A DNA stretch of 63,193 nucleotides from Spirogloea muscicola (taxonomy: Eukaryota): assembly GCA_009602725.1 (NCBI GenBank), contig WELB01000001.1, positions 935,453-998,645 on the forward strand. Direction: 5' to 3'. Below are positions 14,100 through 25,934 of the stretch, piece by piece. Made by a program: the position numbers and the translations under genes. Position 1 is the stretch's first letter; every line of letters begins with the position of its first letter. The notes below the pieces were generated by a model. That model saw only the letters and a list, made by a program, of their open reading frames with translations, was not told the DNA's origin and searched no databases.

Positions 14100-17050
14100 C
14101 ACCCACAGCGCCAAGAGAAATCCCATAGACGGTAGGGGCTGGGAAAGGCCAGCCCAAAAAGACTGGACAAGGTCCAGGTAGCCAAAGATAATTTCGTGTA
14201 TTTGAAACAAACATAGGCCAATGGCCAAGTACAAAGGCAAGCAAGCACATCTAAATATCTACATAACCTACAGCAGGTTGACCCGCTCAAAATCCACGGG
14301 TCAAAACATAAAGGTCGCTAACCGATGCATGAATACTAGATGTCAGGTACGAAGCCCTTCTGTCACCAACTAAAAGAAGAAGAAGGCTCGCCCAGCTTTC
14401 TGATGCAAGGCATTAGCCTGAGCTCGCTGCAAACAGGCCGAAACTCGACGTCGCAAGAGCGACAAATATGCAGCTGGCAAGCCCATTTCAGCCGGAAACA
14501 CATCTGCACGTCGTGTGTAGCCTAGATTGGCAATGTTTTGGAGGAGGATTATTCCGGCCAAAGGGAGCCCGGAATAAAGAAAACCCACACAGCTAGACCC
14601 TATACGACCGCAGAAGGAAGAAGAAAAAGTGCTCGCCCATAGAGAAGGGGGGCTAGCAAAGCCAGCCCAGAAAGAATGGAAGGAAGCTCCGCAGAAGGAA
14701 GCTCAGTGCCCGCGAGTGAGCAGCAGCAATTCCGAGTAACTCGCAGCTGGGAAAGAAGCACTCTGTCGAGACCCAGAGGCAGCAGCCATAGCGCGGCCGG
14801 CTCGTGTGTGGACTGCCTGAGGAGTGAGCTGAAGGGGGCAGGGGCTGTGAATGGCCAGCCCAGAAAGAGCTTTTGACAACGTTCGGATAAGTCCGACGGC
14901 GCCATAGAAAGGGCTCGCCCATAGAGAGGGCTCGCCCATGCGCCACATGGCTGTGCAAGAAAGAGAGGAAGAGACTGAAGGGGAGCTTAGTAACCCCGAG
15001 CCAGCACCGCAAGTGGGAGTATACTTGCAGCTGGAAAGGAGAGGAAGACTCTTCCAGTAGAGGGCGATGGCTGGGGTTGGCCAGTTCAAAAAAAGAATGA
15101 ACACAATTTGGCATCCCAACGAGACCCAGAAGTAGCAGCCAGAGCGCGGCCGACCTGGACTCCGACATGCGGCTGCTCAACAGAAGAAGTGGCTCTGCCA
15201 ATGGGCGGAAGGGCTGTGAGAAGCCAGCCCGAAAGAAGTGACAAGGTTCGAAGGGGCCAGACTACGAAGGCGCCAGAAGCGCTATCTCAGAACCAATGTA
15301 GGACGAACCACTCAATAAGTACGAGTGAGGAGCCTCACATCCGCCAGACTAGCTGCCGGAAAGCATTTCCCCTGACAAAAGCCAGAGGCTGCAGAGAGAG
15401 CACGGCCAGCACGCAGGTGTCAGGCGTGGGCCATGGACCGGTAAAGGAAAATGGTTAGTTGCATGCTGTAGACTTGGCTATCGAGCCAGCGGCGTTGAAG
15501 TCAGCCTGCTCACCTCGCCTGCGGGACACAGCGCTCCGCGCAAGCCTGACAAGCAGGTCGAGCCACTGGGACCCAAGAGCCCCGTGCACATCCACGGCGA
15601 GGGGCACGAACCCGTCCGCAGCTGGGTGGTCTGCGTGTTTTGCCGCCTTGCAGCGTACGGCGTTCGCCGCTGCATGGCTGGCCCTCGAGGCAGAAAGCCC
15701 CGAATTGGAGCGATCCACCACATCAGAAGGAAAGTGCAGAGGTCACTGAGTGCTTCGTGGCTACTCAGTCAGCGCTTTTTCAAGCGCTACTCAATTCACA
15801 GTGTGCTTTGAAGCTTTCTCTCCCACTTCTTCTCTTTTCTCCGACCACCCGGTGTTTCCCCCTGGCTGTGGACGTGCACGGGGCCCTCGGGTTTCTCTGG
15901 CTCGACCTGCTGGCCAGGCTTGCGCGGCGCGCTGTGTCCCGCAGGCGCGGTGAGCCGACGGACTTCAACATCGCTGGGTCGTGGGCGCAAGTCTACCGTA
16001 TGAGATTGTCTGTATCCCTTCTGCTGGCCAGGCTTGCGCGGCGCGCTGTGTCCCGTAGGCACGGCGAGCCGGCTGACTTCAACGCCGCTGGCTCGTGGGC
16101 TCAGGTATGGGAGTGCCACTTCTTCAGCGGTCCATGGCCCATGCTCTGCATCTGCGAGCTGGCCGTGCTCTCGCTGCGGCCTCCGGCTTTCGTCAGGGGG
16201 ATAGTTTCCCGGCAGCTAGTCTGTCGGATCTGAGGCTACTCACCCGTACCTACTGAGTGATCCATCCTCCCCCTGTTCTGACATAGCATCTTCCGGCCCC
16301 TTTGTAGCTGCTAATCGCTTGTAGGCCCCTCCACACCTTTCTCAAGTCTGTTTGGGCTGGCTTTTCGCAGCCCTTGCCCCCATTGGGAGTGCCACTTCTT
16401 CTTCTTCTTCTTGTTTAGTCTGCACTCGACTCTGCCTGAACAATGTATTGGCTTGAATTGGCCTCCCTTTCAATTCATGCGCCCCGCGCGCCTTCTCTCT
16501 CTTCTTGTACTGCCATTGCTGCTTCCTCAACCTCCTCTAGCAGCTCCACAAGCGGTACCGGTCGAGTCGTCATGGCCCCCGTCAGCACGGCTCCCCCCGC
16601 TCTGTGGCACCTACGGCCCTCCTTTCCCCCACCCGCCCTCCCTCCTGCCATTGCTGCTTTCTCAACCTCCTCTAGCAGCTCCACAAGCGGTACAGGTCGA
16701 GTCGTCATGGCCCCCGTCAGCACGGCTCTCCCCGCTGTGTGGCACCTCCAACCCTCCTTTCCCCCACCCGCCCTCCCTCCTGCCATTGCTGCTTCCTCAA
16801 CCTCCTCTAGCAGCTCCACAAGCGGTACCGGTCGAGTCGTCATGGCCCCCGTCAGCACGGCTCCCCCCGCTCTGTGGCACCTCCGGCCCTCCTAGTATAG
16901 GGCGTCTTTTCATGTAGCCACATTCTTTGCGCTGCATTCTTTGCACTTTCTGCATTTTCTGCCTGAACAATGTAATGGCTTGAATTGGCCTCGCTTTAAT
17001 TTCATGCGCACCGCGCGCCTTCTCTCTCTCTTCTACTGGAAGCGTCCTTA
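14100..17050. mobile_element. Pile 1 of nested 5'-truncated RLE-type non-LTR retrotransposon fragments
   Basis: Degenerate RLE C-terminal peptides (KAAKHADHPAADGFVPLAVDVHGALG, AQVYRMRLSVSL, RRRVSACLQRAQANALHQKAGRA) and many GGGCTGG...CAGCCC termini on both strands; 14190-14560 is homologous to 51040-51370. Confidence 0.8.
16510..16893 (+). repeat. Tandem repeat, 135-bp unit, about 2.8 copies
   Basis: Unit starting ctgccattgctgctt at 16510, 16645 and 16780; near-identical copies. Confidence 0.95.
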
Positions 17051-17583
17051 CTTTCTACCTGGACACCGGAGCGCACTGCCAGATGGCAAGGTACAGTCGG
17101 GGGGGATGATTGAACATAGCCCACAGTCTGCAAATCGGACGGGATGGCCCACACATCCCGGCCCCCGGGGCGGGGGAGCACGTGGCAGCTCCAGGGCGGC
17201 GCATCTCGGACACTGCCGGACGCGGGGCCTGGGAGGGAATGCGTTGCGTCAACAACCAAGCCCCGCAGCGCCCCGAGGCCCCTGAATCCGTTGATTAATC
17301 GTGATCACCCCATGGTCGCACCTTGGCTGGCTTCCACAGCCGCTCGTTCAGTATCAGAAGCCGCGTTCTCCTTCTAGGATCAGGATCCGCCGGGCCCGCC
17401 GCCGTCGCCGCCGCCGCCGCCGCCGCCGCCGCCGTCTGCGCCGCCGAGCACGGCCTTCCGGCTTCAGTAAAGAGCAGGGCGGATCTGCTCGAGCGTGGAA
17501 GCCGCTGCAGGTCTGGCAGGCGCGGGACGACTGTCGGCTTGCTCCGGCTGGTGCTGCCGTCCTGCACTAGTGCAGCCGCGGCC

Positions 17584-20087
17584 ATGGAGGCCTCGCTCCT
17601 GCACGGCGCCCGCCCTCTGCTGCTGGCGCCGCGCGCGTGGAGCGACGCCGCGGCCTGGAGTGGCCTCCGGGCAGAGCTCGTGCAGCCGCCAGCGGCCCGC
17701 GCGGCTCCACGCTTGCGCAATGGCCGGCCCGTCGTTCTCTGCGAGGCCAACGCCGGCGGGGACGTCCGCGAAGGTACGAGCTACGCTTCCTCGGACCGCC
17801 GCCGGGGCCTCACTGGAGCTCTCTAATGTGGCACGGGTACTGGCGCTGGGGCTAGTCCAGATGTGTCAGGGCTTTGTGTCGCTGTGCAAGCGCGTGCACA
17901 AGTCCGACGTGCTTGCGCGTCGGCTTCACCAACGATCTCAGCCTGCCGCCAATCGTGCTCGGCAGAGGAAGCCATGGTTCCCCCTGCTGCTGCTAGGGAT
18001 CTCAAGAGCTCGATCGACCAAGCAGAACCTGCAGAACGGCAGGCATTTGGCACCGTCTCGGAGGGCACGGTGGCCGACGAGCCGGCCGTCTCGTCAGATG
18101 GGCGCTGAATGCACATCTTCGCGCTGCAGATGCAGCAGGGGGCGTCCTGCTGGCCAGAGTGAACGGGCAAAGCAACGGCGCGATGCTCGCAACAGCCGGC
18201 GCCAGTGCTGCTGAGCGCAAGCGGGGGGGCACCAGCCCCGTGACCGGCGGGTCTGTCGACGTCAGCGGGGCAACCGCTCCCCTGATCATGGGGCCTCTTG
18301 CGCATGAGAAGAAGATTGTGATGGTTCGTCACGGCCTCAGCTCGTGGAACGAGGAAGGCCGTGTGCAGGTAATCTGCATGAAGCCCTCGTCCTTAGTGGG
18401 CATCTCAATGAAGGGCCAGGCTTTGTAAGGCATAAGAGAGAGGGTGGATGTGTCCTGATTGACTTGTGAGGCCCTTTCCCTTACGAGCACAGATTGCGTG
18501 TCTTGTGGCTGTCCAACTTCTTACCTTCACATTAATCAATCTGTGAGGCAGTAGCTTCGATATCCAGCTACGTTGTCTCAAGGACGCAAATCCGGCAATG
18601 CATTATGTGCAGGGTGCCTCTGACAAGTCCATCTTGTCAGAGAAAGGAAAGGCTCAAGCTTACAAGTGCAAGGAAGCTCTCAGCCACATGGATTTTGACA
18701 AGTGCTTCGCGAGCCCTATCTCCAGAGCCAGGGTGAGCTATGTCCTGACTGGCACAGTGAGCGCTCCAATGCGGAGAACCAAATGCAATGCAGTGTGATT
18801 GGGTGTTCCAATGCTGGTGTCAGTTGATCGTATGTAAAAGCAGTCGCGACAGGGCCTCTTCCTTTCTGTAGCTCAAAGCAGTGATTGCCTGATGTTCTGC
18901 AGTCAACTGCTGAGCTTATCTGGGAGGGCCGCGAGGAGCCATTGGTGTTCTTGGACAATTTGCGTGAAGCTCATCTCCACTTCCTAGAAGGCATGAAGAA
19001 TGGTACATTGCTGCACTATCTGCTGGCATCTTAAGTACTTGTGGTGTGGGATGAGGGGCCTCTTCTCGTATTTGTCTAGATGGAGGTCGTATTCTAATGG
19101 TGCTCTTGGCCCTTTACTAAGGTATGTGAAGGACTTCCTTGTCTAATTTGTGGGAGTGCGACAGAAGATCAACTCATATTCCCATGGGTGGAGAGCAAAG
19201 CAGGTTAATACTGCAAGCGCGTAATGTCTGCAGAGACAGTACTTATGTTCAGCCTGCTTCTTTGATCACAGAGGAGGCAAATGAATTATACCCGGAGCTG
19301 TATGGTAATTGGAGGGGGGATCCGCTTAATTTCTGTGTTGGAGGTGTTTACCCAGTGGTTGATCTCTACAAGAAAGCGCGTACTGCGTGGGTGGACATTT
19401 TAAGAGAAGATGTATGGCACAAAACTTCTAAATTGGCCACACAGCACATTCTATTCATTACGCAGGATGCACAGCATTGTCTTCTGCATTCTGTCAAGGC
19501 AATGCACTTCTGCATTCTGTCAAGGCAATGCAGAATCTATTTGGCTACTAGTGCCAGATACTAGGGCCCTGCATGAGCTCATGGACAGAGTCAATCGGCA
19601 CTTTTTCGTCGCTTTTGCAGGGAGATCAGGTGCTTGTGGTGACCCACAAGTCCATCTTACGGGCCATGCTTGGCATAGCACTTGGCCTTGGTCCAGACAA
19701 GTAAGCATATAGTTTGTTATTGCACTGCTGGCTTTCCCTGTCTTCTTGGCTATGCATGTAGATGTCTGTACACTTCTTTTGCATGCCTGTTGGCATCTCA
19801 GTGGGCTGCTTGACATGCGCATGTCTTGGTTGTTTGTCATTTGATCTTCTCATATATCACTATGGAAGAGGTAGGTAGCTCAACAAGTGGGGTCAAACGA
19901 GAACTTCCATTGTCTTCTGTGAAACTTATGCAGGAAAGTCTTTCCATGTCTCTCTCTCTCCAGGTTCAGGGCTGTGGACATCAACAATGGAGGCATCTCT
20001 GTCTTCAAGATCAATAAGAAAGGGGAGCCTATGTTGCAGGCCCTCAATCTGACGTCGCATCTCCACAATGAAGCAATCTTTTACTGA
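17584..20087 (+). CDS. Histidine phosphatase / phosphoglycerate-mutase family protein (2-carboxy-D-arabinitol-1-phosphatase-like), probably plastid-targeted
   Basis: Transit-peptide-like N-terminus; KIVMVRHGLSSWNEEGRVQ|G (RHG motif), FASPISRAR, LREAHL, VVTHKSILRA, DINNGGISVF, LNLTSHL; TGA at 20085-20087. Confidence 0.9.
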
Positions 20088-20394
20088 GAATGTTCTCGTT
20101 CCTGCATACGGACCCCATAGCTTCACAACGCCTGCCCCGTTTTGTGTGGTTTGCTTGCCCCCTACTTCATTAAGTTCTGCACTTAGCAATGTCTCCGTGT
20201 TGGAAACTACCCGCCAATGAGTTCATCGAATGAGCCATGGATTGTCTTCATTTAGCAACAAATGTGCTGGACCAAAGGGCTTCACTTTAGGTGTAGAGGA
20301 CACTCAGCTCTTCTTGACAAGCGCAACCAGTGCCTAGAAGACTTTGGATTTGCTTTTGTACTGTAAGTGGGAGGTCCTTCCAGCCACAAAATGA

Positions 20395-23300
20395 TTAGTG
20401 TCTCCTGTTGATGATTAAGGATTCCTCCTCAACTGTAGCCTTTAATTTCTCCAGTGCTGCAAGAAGAGAATTCAGGTGCCAGAGTGGTTTCCTCAGATAA
20501 GTGCATTTGTGTAATAGTTTTCACCCACAGCTGTGGTTTGACATGAGCAGTACATAAATCTTAGCGCAGCTACGGGTGCTTAATTCAGACAAGATAGTAA
20601 CCTGTCACAAAAGAGCGTGTAAAGCAAGATGCAATGAACAACAGCTCTTAGACCTTCCACAGGCATCTGAAGAGGTGACTAATGTGGAGCTTGCCTGTCA
20701 AGAAACGGGGCTGCAGCTCCTCCATGGCAGTGCTGGGGAGCTTGTAATCGCGGCAGAAGTTATTGTCCACCTTTCGAAGGAGCGACTTGAAGTGCTTAAC
20801 CTAGTAGCACACACACAAAGGGTGCATGTTGTCAACAGCCGAGCATCTCTGGTGTTGAGCAAATGGTGCAACCTTAAAGTCATACACACTACCACACAAG
20901 CATCTCACCCATCAAGCTGTCACGAACCATACGGTTCTGTTGGACTGCACAATGTGAAGACTCAAATGACTGCCCGCAAGCGAGAGCGCACCTCCTCCTT
21001 TCTAAGAATGGTGTATGCAGTCCCCGGCTTCCCGGCCCTGGCCGTCCTGCCCACGCGGTGCACGTATGTCTTGGCGTAGACTGGCGCGTCATAGCTGACG
21101 ACATGGGCGACATCGTCTACGTCCATCCCACGGGTCATGGCGTCGGATGCAACCAGTACGTGGGCCCTGCCAGACTTGAAGTCGCCAAGCGATGCGCTGC
21201 CACATTGCCCAAGCATTTGCAGGAGCCAACAGCCGAGGCTGTCCCGTCAGATTGCAAGAAAAGAGAGGAGTGAAGTTTCAGACAGCCCTGCAAGCGAACA
21301 ACACTTTCCAACTATCAGGGGGTAAGCTGGGACAACCAATTGGAGCCCAATGACAAATTGTAACCTGCGAGCACGCTGATGCTGGAGGCTGGAGTACTCC
21401 ACAACGCGCACAGGGAGCCCTTCGAAGCTCTGCAGCAGGACGAAGAGGCGATGTGTTGCCTCGACCGACGCCGTGAACACAATCGTGGTGGCCAGCGGAA
21501 GGTGGTGCAGGAGCGCCAGCAGGCACAGCGGTTTCTCGCCTGCTCTACACACCTGCGGCTCAAAGTGTGGGGGCCATGGTCCAGTCAGCAAACATTTTAT
21601 GTCACTGAGCAGGTGAATGTTTAGCTGTGGCACCGACACTTGAAGCTGGTATAGAAGATTACCAGCTTAAATTCGCGAAGCTGGGAGGGCAGCTTGTAGC
21701 GGCGCTCGGCTGCACTAGCGGTGATGTAGAGGGGCTTGTGGAGATCAAGGCGGGCAATCTTGGCAGGGTCCTGCGTGAGCGTCGCGGAGAGCACCAGCTT
21801 GGTCAGCCTTGGGCGGCGCTCCCCACGCTGGCCCCTCTCCAGGCACCTGTCAGGTGCTGGCAAGCATTTGAGGTCATGGTGTGTCATGTGAGAATCCAGT
21901 GGGCCTTTTCTACTAAATGGGAAAATTGTTAACCATCAGCCTCAAAGATTGGCAATATGAAGCATTTGAGCTCTCACTTCTAGGGACAGTCCAGCTTGGA
22001 GCTCGCCTCTCTGGAGGCAGCCTCACCTAGTTGAGTACGCCCTGGGGGCTACGGAGGGACCAGAGTGCTCACCATCTCCGGACGGTGCGGATCGCGCCGA
22101 GGCTTGACAGTGATCGAAGGGGCCGGTCCTGATGGTGCTGGCTGTCACCGGCAGCAGCCAGAACGCATGGCAGCCACTCCTGGTATGACTGTCGCAGAAG
22201 CCGGTCGGTCTCATCCACGACCTGCTGACACACGCCAACCCGGTGCTGACTGGCCGCTCTTGTAGCCATTGCTCCAGCAATCTTGGCAAGCCTTCGCTAG
22301 CGGACGGTCATAGCTCCTGCTCAGCAGCCGCCGAGGGAGCGGCATTGTACCAGGTAAAGGAGGTGCTCCAGCGTGAACCCCGGCGTCTCCGTCAGGTGGT
22401 CCACCAGGCGGCCCGGCGTTGCCACCAGAATGTCCACTCGGCTGCCGGGCGCTGCTGCACCGGCGTCACTGTCAGCCCTTGAGCACAGGCCGAGCGGCAG
22501 CAGCAGGGCCCCTCCGTCGTGCACCGGGCTCGGTGCCTCGACGAGCTGTGCACCCTCGGCGCCCAGAGAGGTCTGGCCGATTGCCAGGCCGACAGCGAGG
22601 CCCACGGCGGCGGCCAGGGGGTCGAAGGCCGCCTTCACCTGCCCTGCCGCAGCCCACGATGACACCATGAGCTCTTTGACATCGAGACTCAGGACTAATG
22701 GACAATAGTGTCTTGAGATTGGGTTTAGTGTCCAGAGATTCTGGCCAAGTCAAGCATTGGACGTCAAGGACAAGAGGTTTCAGGATCCAATCGTGAGATT
22801 TGGGGTTAAAAGAAGGATTTAAGGAACTTGAGTTGGTGAAGGCCGAGGACTACCTGCACGGCGAGGTCGCGTGTGGGGAGCACAACCAGCGCCCGCAGGC
22901 GGCGGACGACGCGCGCCGAGAGGGCCTGCAGGACCGGCAGCGCGTACGCCAGCGTCTTGCCGCTGCCCGTCGGGGCACACACGCACAGGTCCCGAGCGGC
23001 CATTGCCTGGCCAGCCATTGCCGCCGAACCCATCTCGCGCCACGTTGCCGCCTGCACGGGAAACAGGCCCTCCACGCCGGACGCCAGCAGAGCCGCTGCC
23101 AGCCTGCAGTCCCCGTGTAACGACGCGAGGGGTCCAATGATCTCTTCATTGAAGTGAACTATCAGCTTAGAACTAGAAACACAAAAAAATGACATGGAGA
23201 ATAGAAGGACTTCGCGCAATGCGCTGATTCTTTCTTTATGAAATTTGATTAAAGAACATATGATGATCTCACAAACCCTTCGGCGCATGTTCTGCTGCCG

Positions 23301-23492
23301 TTAGGGTTTGCGCTAAAGGGTTTGCCGGAGCGGCGGCGCCGGGGCCCCCACCTGGCGTCGAGGCCCGGCACGGCGCCCAGCGGCGTGGCGGCGGCGGCGG
23401 CGTCGACCTCCACTGGCTCCCGCATCCACGGCAGCACTGGCGGGGCTTTGGCCGCCGCCACCGCCGCCGCCGGCCCTGGCGGCGCCTCTGCC
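20395..23492 (-). CDS. RH1: DEAD-box RNA helicase RH1 / DDX51 / Dbp6 type; 5' end in gap
   Basis: PVLPWMREPV, LFPVQ, APTGSGKTLAY, PTRDLAVQ, ATPGRLVDH, VVDETDRLL, LSATLTQDP, ASDAMTRGMDV, YVHRVGRTARAG; last exon ALEKLKATVEE. Confidence 0.93.
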
Positions 23493-24135
23493 NNNNNNNN
23501 NNNNNNNNNNNNNNNNNNNNNNNNNNNNNNNNNNNNNNNNNNNNNNNNNNNNNNNNNNNNNNNNNNNNNNNNNNNNNNNNNNNNNNNNNNNNNNNNNNNN
23601 NNNNNNNNNNNNNNNNNNNNNNNNNNNNNNNNNNNNNNNNNNNNNNNNNNNNNNNNNNNNNNNNNNNNNNNNNNNNNNNNNNNNNNNNNNNNNNNNNNNN
23701 NNNNNNNNNNNNNNNNNNNNNNNNNNNNNNNNNNNNNNNNNNNNNNNNNNNNNNNNNNNNNNNNNNNNNNNNNNNNNNNNNNNNNNNNNNNNNNNNNNNN
23801 NNNNNNNNNNNNNNNNNNNNNNNNNNNNNNNNNNNNNNNNNNNNNNNNNNNNNNNNNNNNNNNNNNNNNNNNNNNNNNNNNNNNNNNNNNNNNNNNNNNN
23901 NNNNNNNNNNNNNNNNNNNNNNNNNNNNNNNNNNNNNNNNNNNNNNNNNNNNNNNNNNNNNNNNNNNNNNNNNNNNNNNNNNNNNNNNNNNNNNNNNNNN
24001 NNNNNNNNNNNNNNNNNNNNNNNNNNNNNNNNNNNNNNNNNNNNNNNNNNNNNNNNNNNNNNNNNNNNNNNNNNNNNNNNNNNNNNNNNNNNNNNNNNNN
24101 NNNNNNNNNNNNNGGCGGCGGCGGCGTCGGCGGCC

Positions 24136-24731
24136 ATGGCGTGGCGCGCGTCGCTCTCGCGGTGCCTGCAGGAAGTGCGCATCCACCTCTGCCGCACCTC
24201 GCCCGCCAGCGCCGGCGCCAGGTGAGAGCGCTAGCCGCCAACTCCCGGCGACTTCATCCCGCACCACCCTTGCTGCGGCGCGCGCTCGAACCTTCGTCGA
24301 CGCGATGACGGCGGCTGACCGCCCGCCCGCCACACCGAGGGGCGCGGCAGGGAGTTCGTGCTGCGCAACTACAAGGACCTGAAGATGCTCAACCCGCGGC
24401 TGCCCATCCTCATTCGCGAGTGCAGCGGCATCCGCCCCCGCCTCTACGCCCGCTACGGTGCGCCCCTGGCGCGACTTCCGCCCGCCGCGGCGCATTCCGC
24501 GCGCTACGCCACCGCGGCTTATTGATCTGGGCGATTAGTAAGCCGCCGACAGCGGGTTGAGACCCAGATCCGTTGTGGCACATGTGGCTGCTCACGGCGG
24601 CCGCGCTAGCTGTTGCCCCAAGAGCAGGGCTCGGCGTGGAGAAGAGTGTGTCGCTGGAGGATCTAGGCGAGGAGGACATCTCTAAGCGGCTCAAGGAGCT
24701 CGTCCAAGCTGCACCTCCTGCACCAAGCTGA
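24136..24731 (+). CDS. NDUFA2: NADH dehydrogenase (complex I) 1 alpha subcomplex subunit 2 (B8)
   Basis: Three exons: MAWRASLSRCLQEVRIHLCRTSPASAGAR | EFVLRNYKDLKMLNPRLPILIRECSGIRPRLYARY | GLGVEKSVSLEDL...KELV. Confidence 0.93.
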
Positions 24732-25934
24732 CAACGGTCAGGCGCGGATGGTCGCGGAGAGGAGACCTCAAGCGGCAGTCTTGCGCAGCAGCTGAAGGGC
24801 CGAGATTGGAGTGGTTGCCAGGCGGTTGACCCTGATTGCTTTGAGCCCACTGTTGCAGTCGCCAGCCTCTGTGGCACAGTCAAATCTTGCAACATGCACA
24901 GTTGCCTGCCTTGCTGGCAATGGAGGTCATTTGTTTGCAGCATTGCTGCATTGCTACATGGCTGGCTGAGCACCATAGATGTGCTGCAAATCTTCACAAC
25001 AACGAAATCTTGTTCAGGATCATTTCAGTCACCTAGAAGATTCGTAGCAGCTTCTAGCATCCCCTATGCCTGTCAAAAGCGTCCGAACCGCGGATGAGTT
25101 TGCTGCATAACAAAAGGTTCCTATGGACCTTTGGCGCTCTTAGATGGTGTGAACCAGCTAATATAACCGCTGCTTTCAGACCTGTGTGGAAGTGCAGGCG
25201 GCCTATGATATCATTGGGTGGATTGGGTGGACGTTTGCTTCTTCTAATTCATGGTCTCTCATCTATTTCTGCATTGGGAATCTGACAAGCTTCCCTGCTG
25301 TTGCCAGAAACGGCAGAGCTGGTCCTCGAAGGTTGTTGAGAGGATGTCTGAAAGTCTCACAGTCGTGTCGGATCGGTGTATATGATCTCACAACAAGTGC
25401 TGAACAAGCCACTTCCTTTTGACTGTAGCTGACGTTTTATCTTTTACGCCTTGCCAAGACACCCTCTTTCTGGAAAATTGTTGAGACCGAGATTGTGTGA
25501 GACTCTGACGTTTACACCTGACGGAGGTAAGCGGACAAGCATTGGCGGTTGAGGCCTACTTGTTAAGACCCTCAAGCAGACGCAGATCTGGGCAAAGACA
25601 GGCTGTCACTTGCCAGATCGTCTCAAGCTCTGCTGAGTTCCGCTGCCATTCCTACTCGCCGAATTATTTTCGGATTTCTGGGGGGACCTCTCAGCCACTC
25701 TCGCCTTCAGAAGAGCATTTTCTTTGCTTTGATTGTGGCCTGCTGCCGTCACTTGCCAACATTGCCGGCTTGTAGCAAACACCTCTGCAACGCCCCCCAC
25801 GACTGCTTCTGTGTTTCCAGCTGGCCTGTCCCGCTCGGCCACTCACTGGAGCGGCAATTCGGCTGTCACACTGGCCAGCAGGCACTCACGGCACAAGTTT
25901 GGTGGTGCTGGCGGCGCCCTCCTTTGCCCTGGAA

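Noticed and set aside
19481..19533. Short intronic tandem duplications (26 bp here; similar ones at about 33985-34035 and 56100-56150)
   Set aside because: Ordinary local slippage with no sign of function
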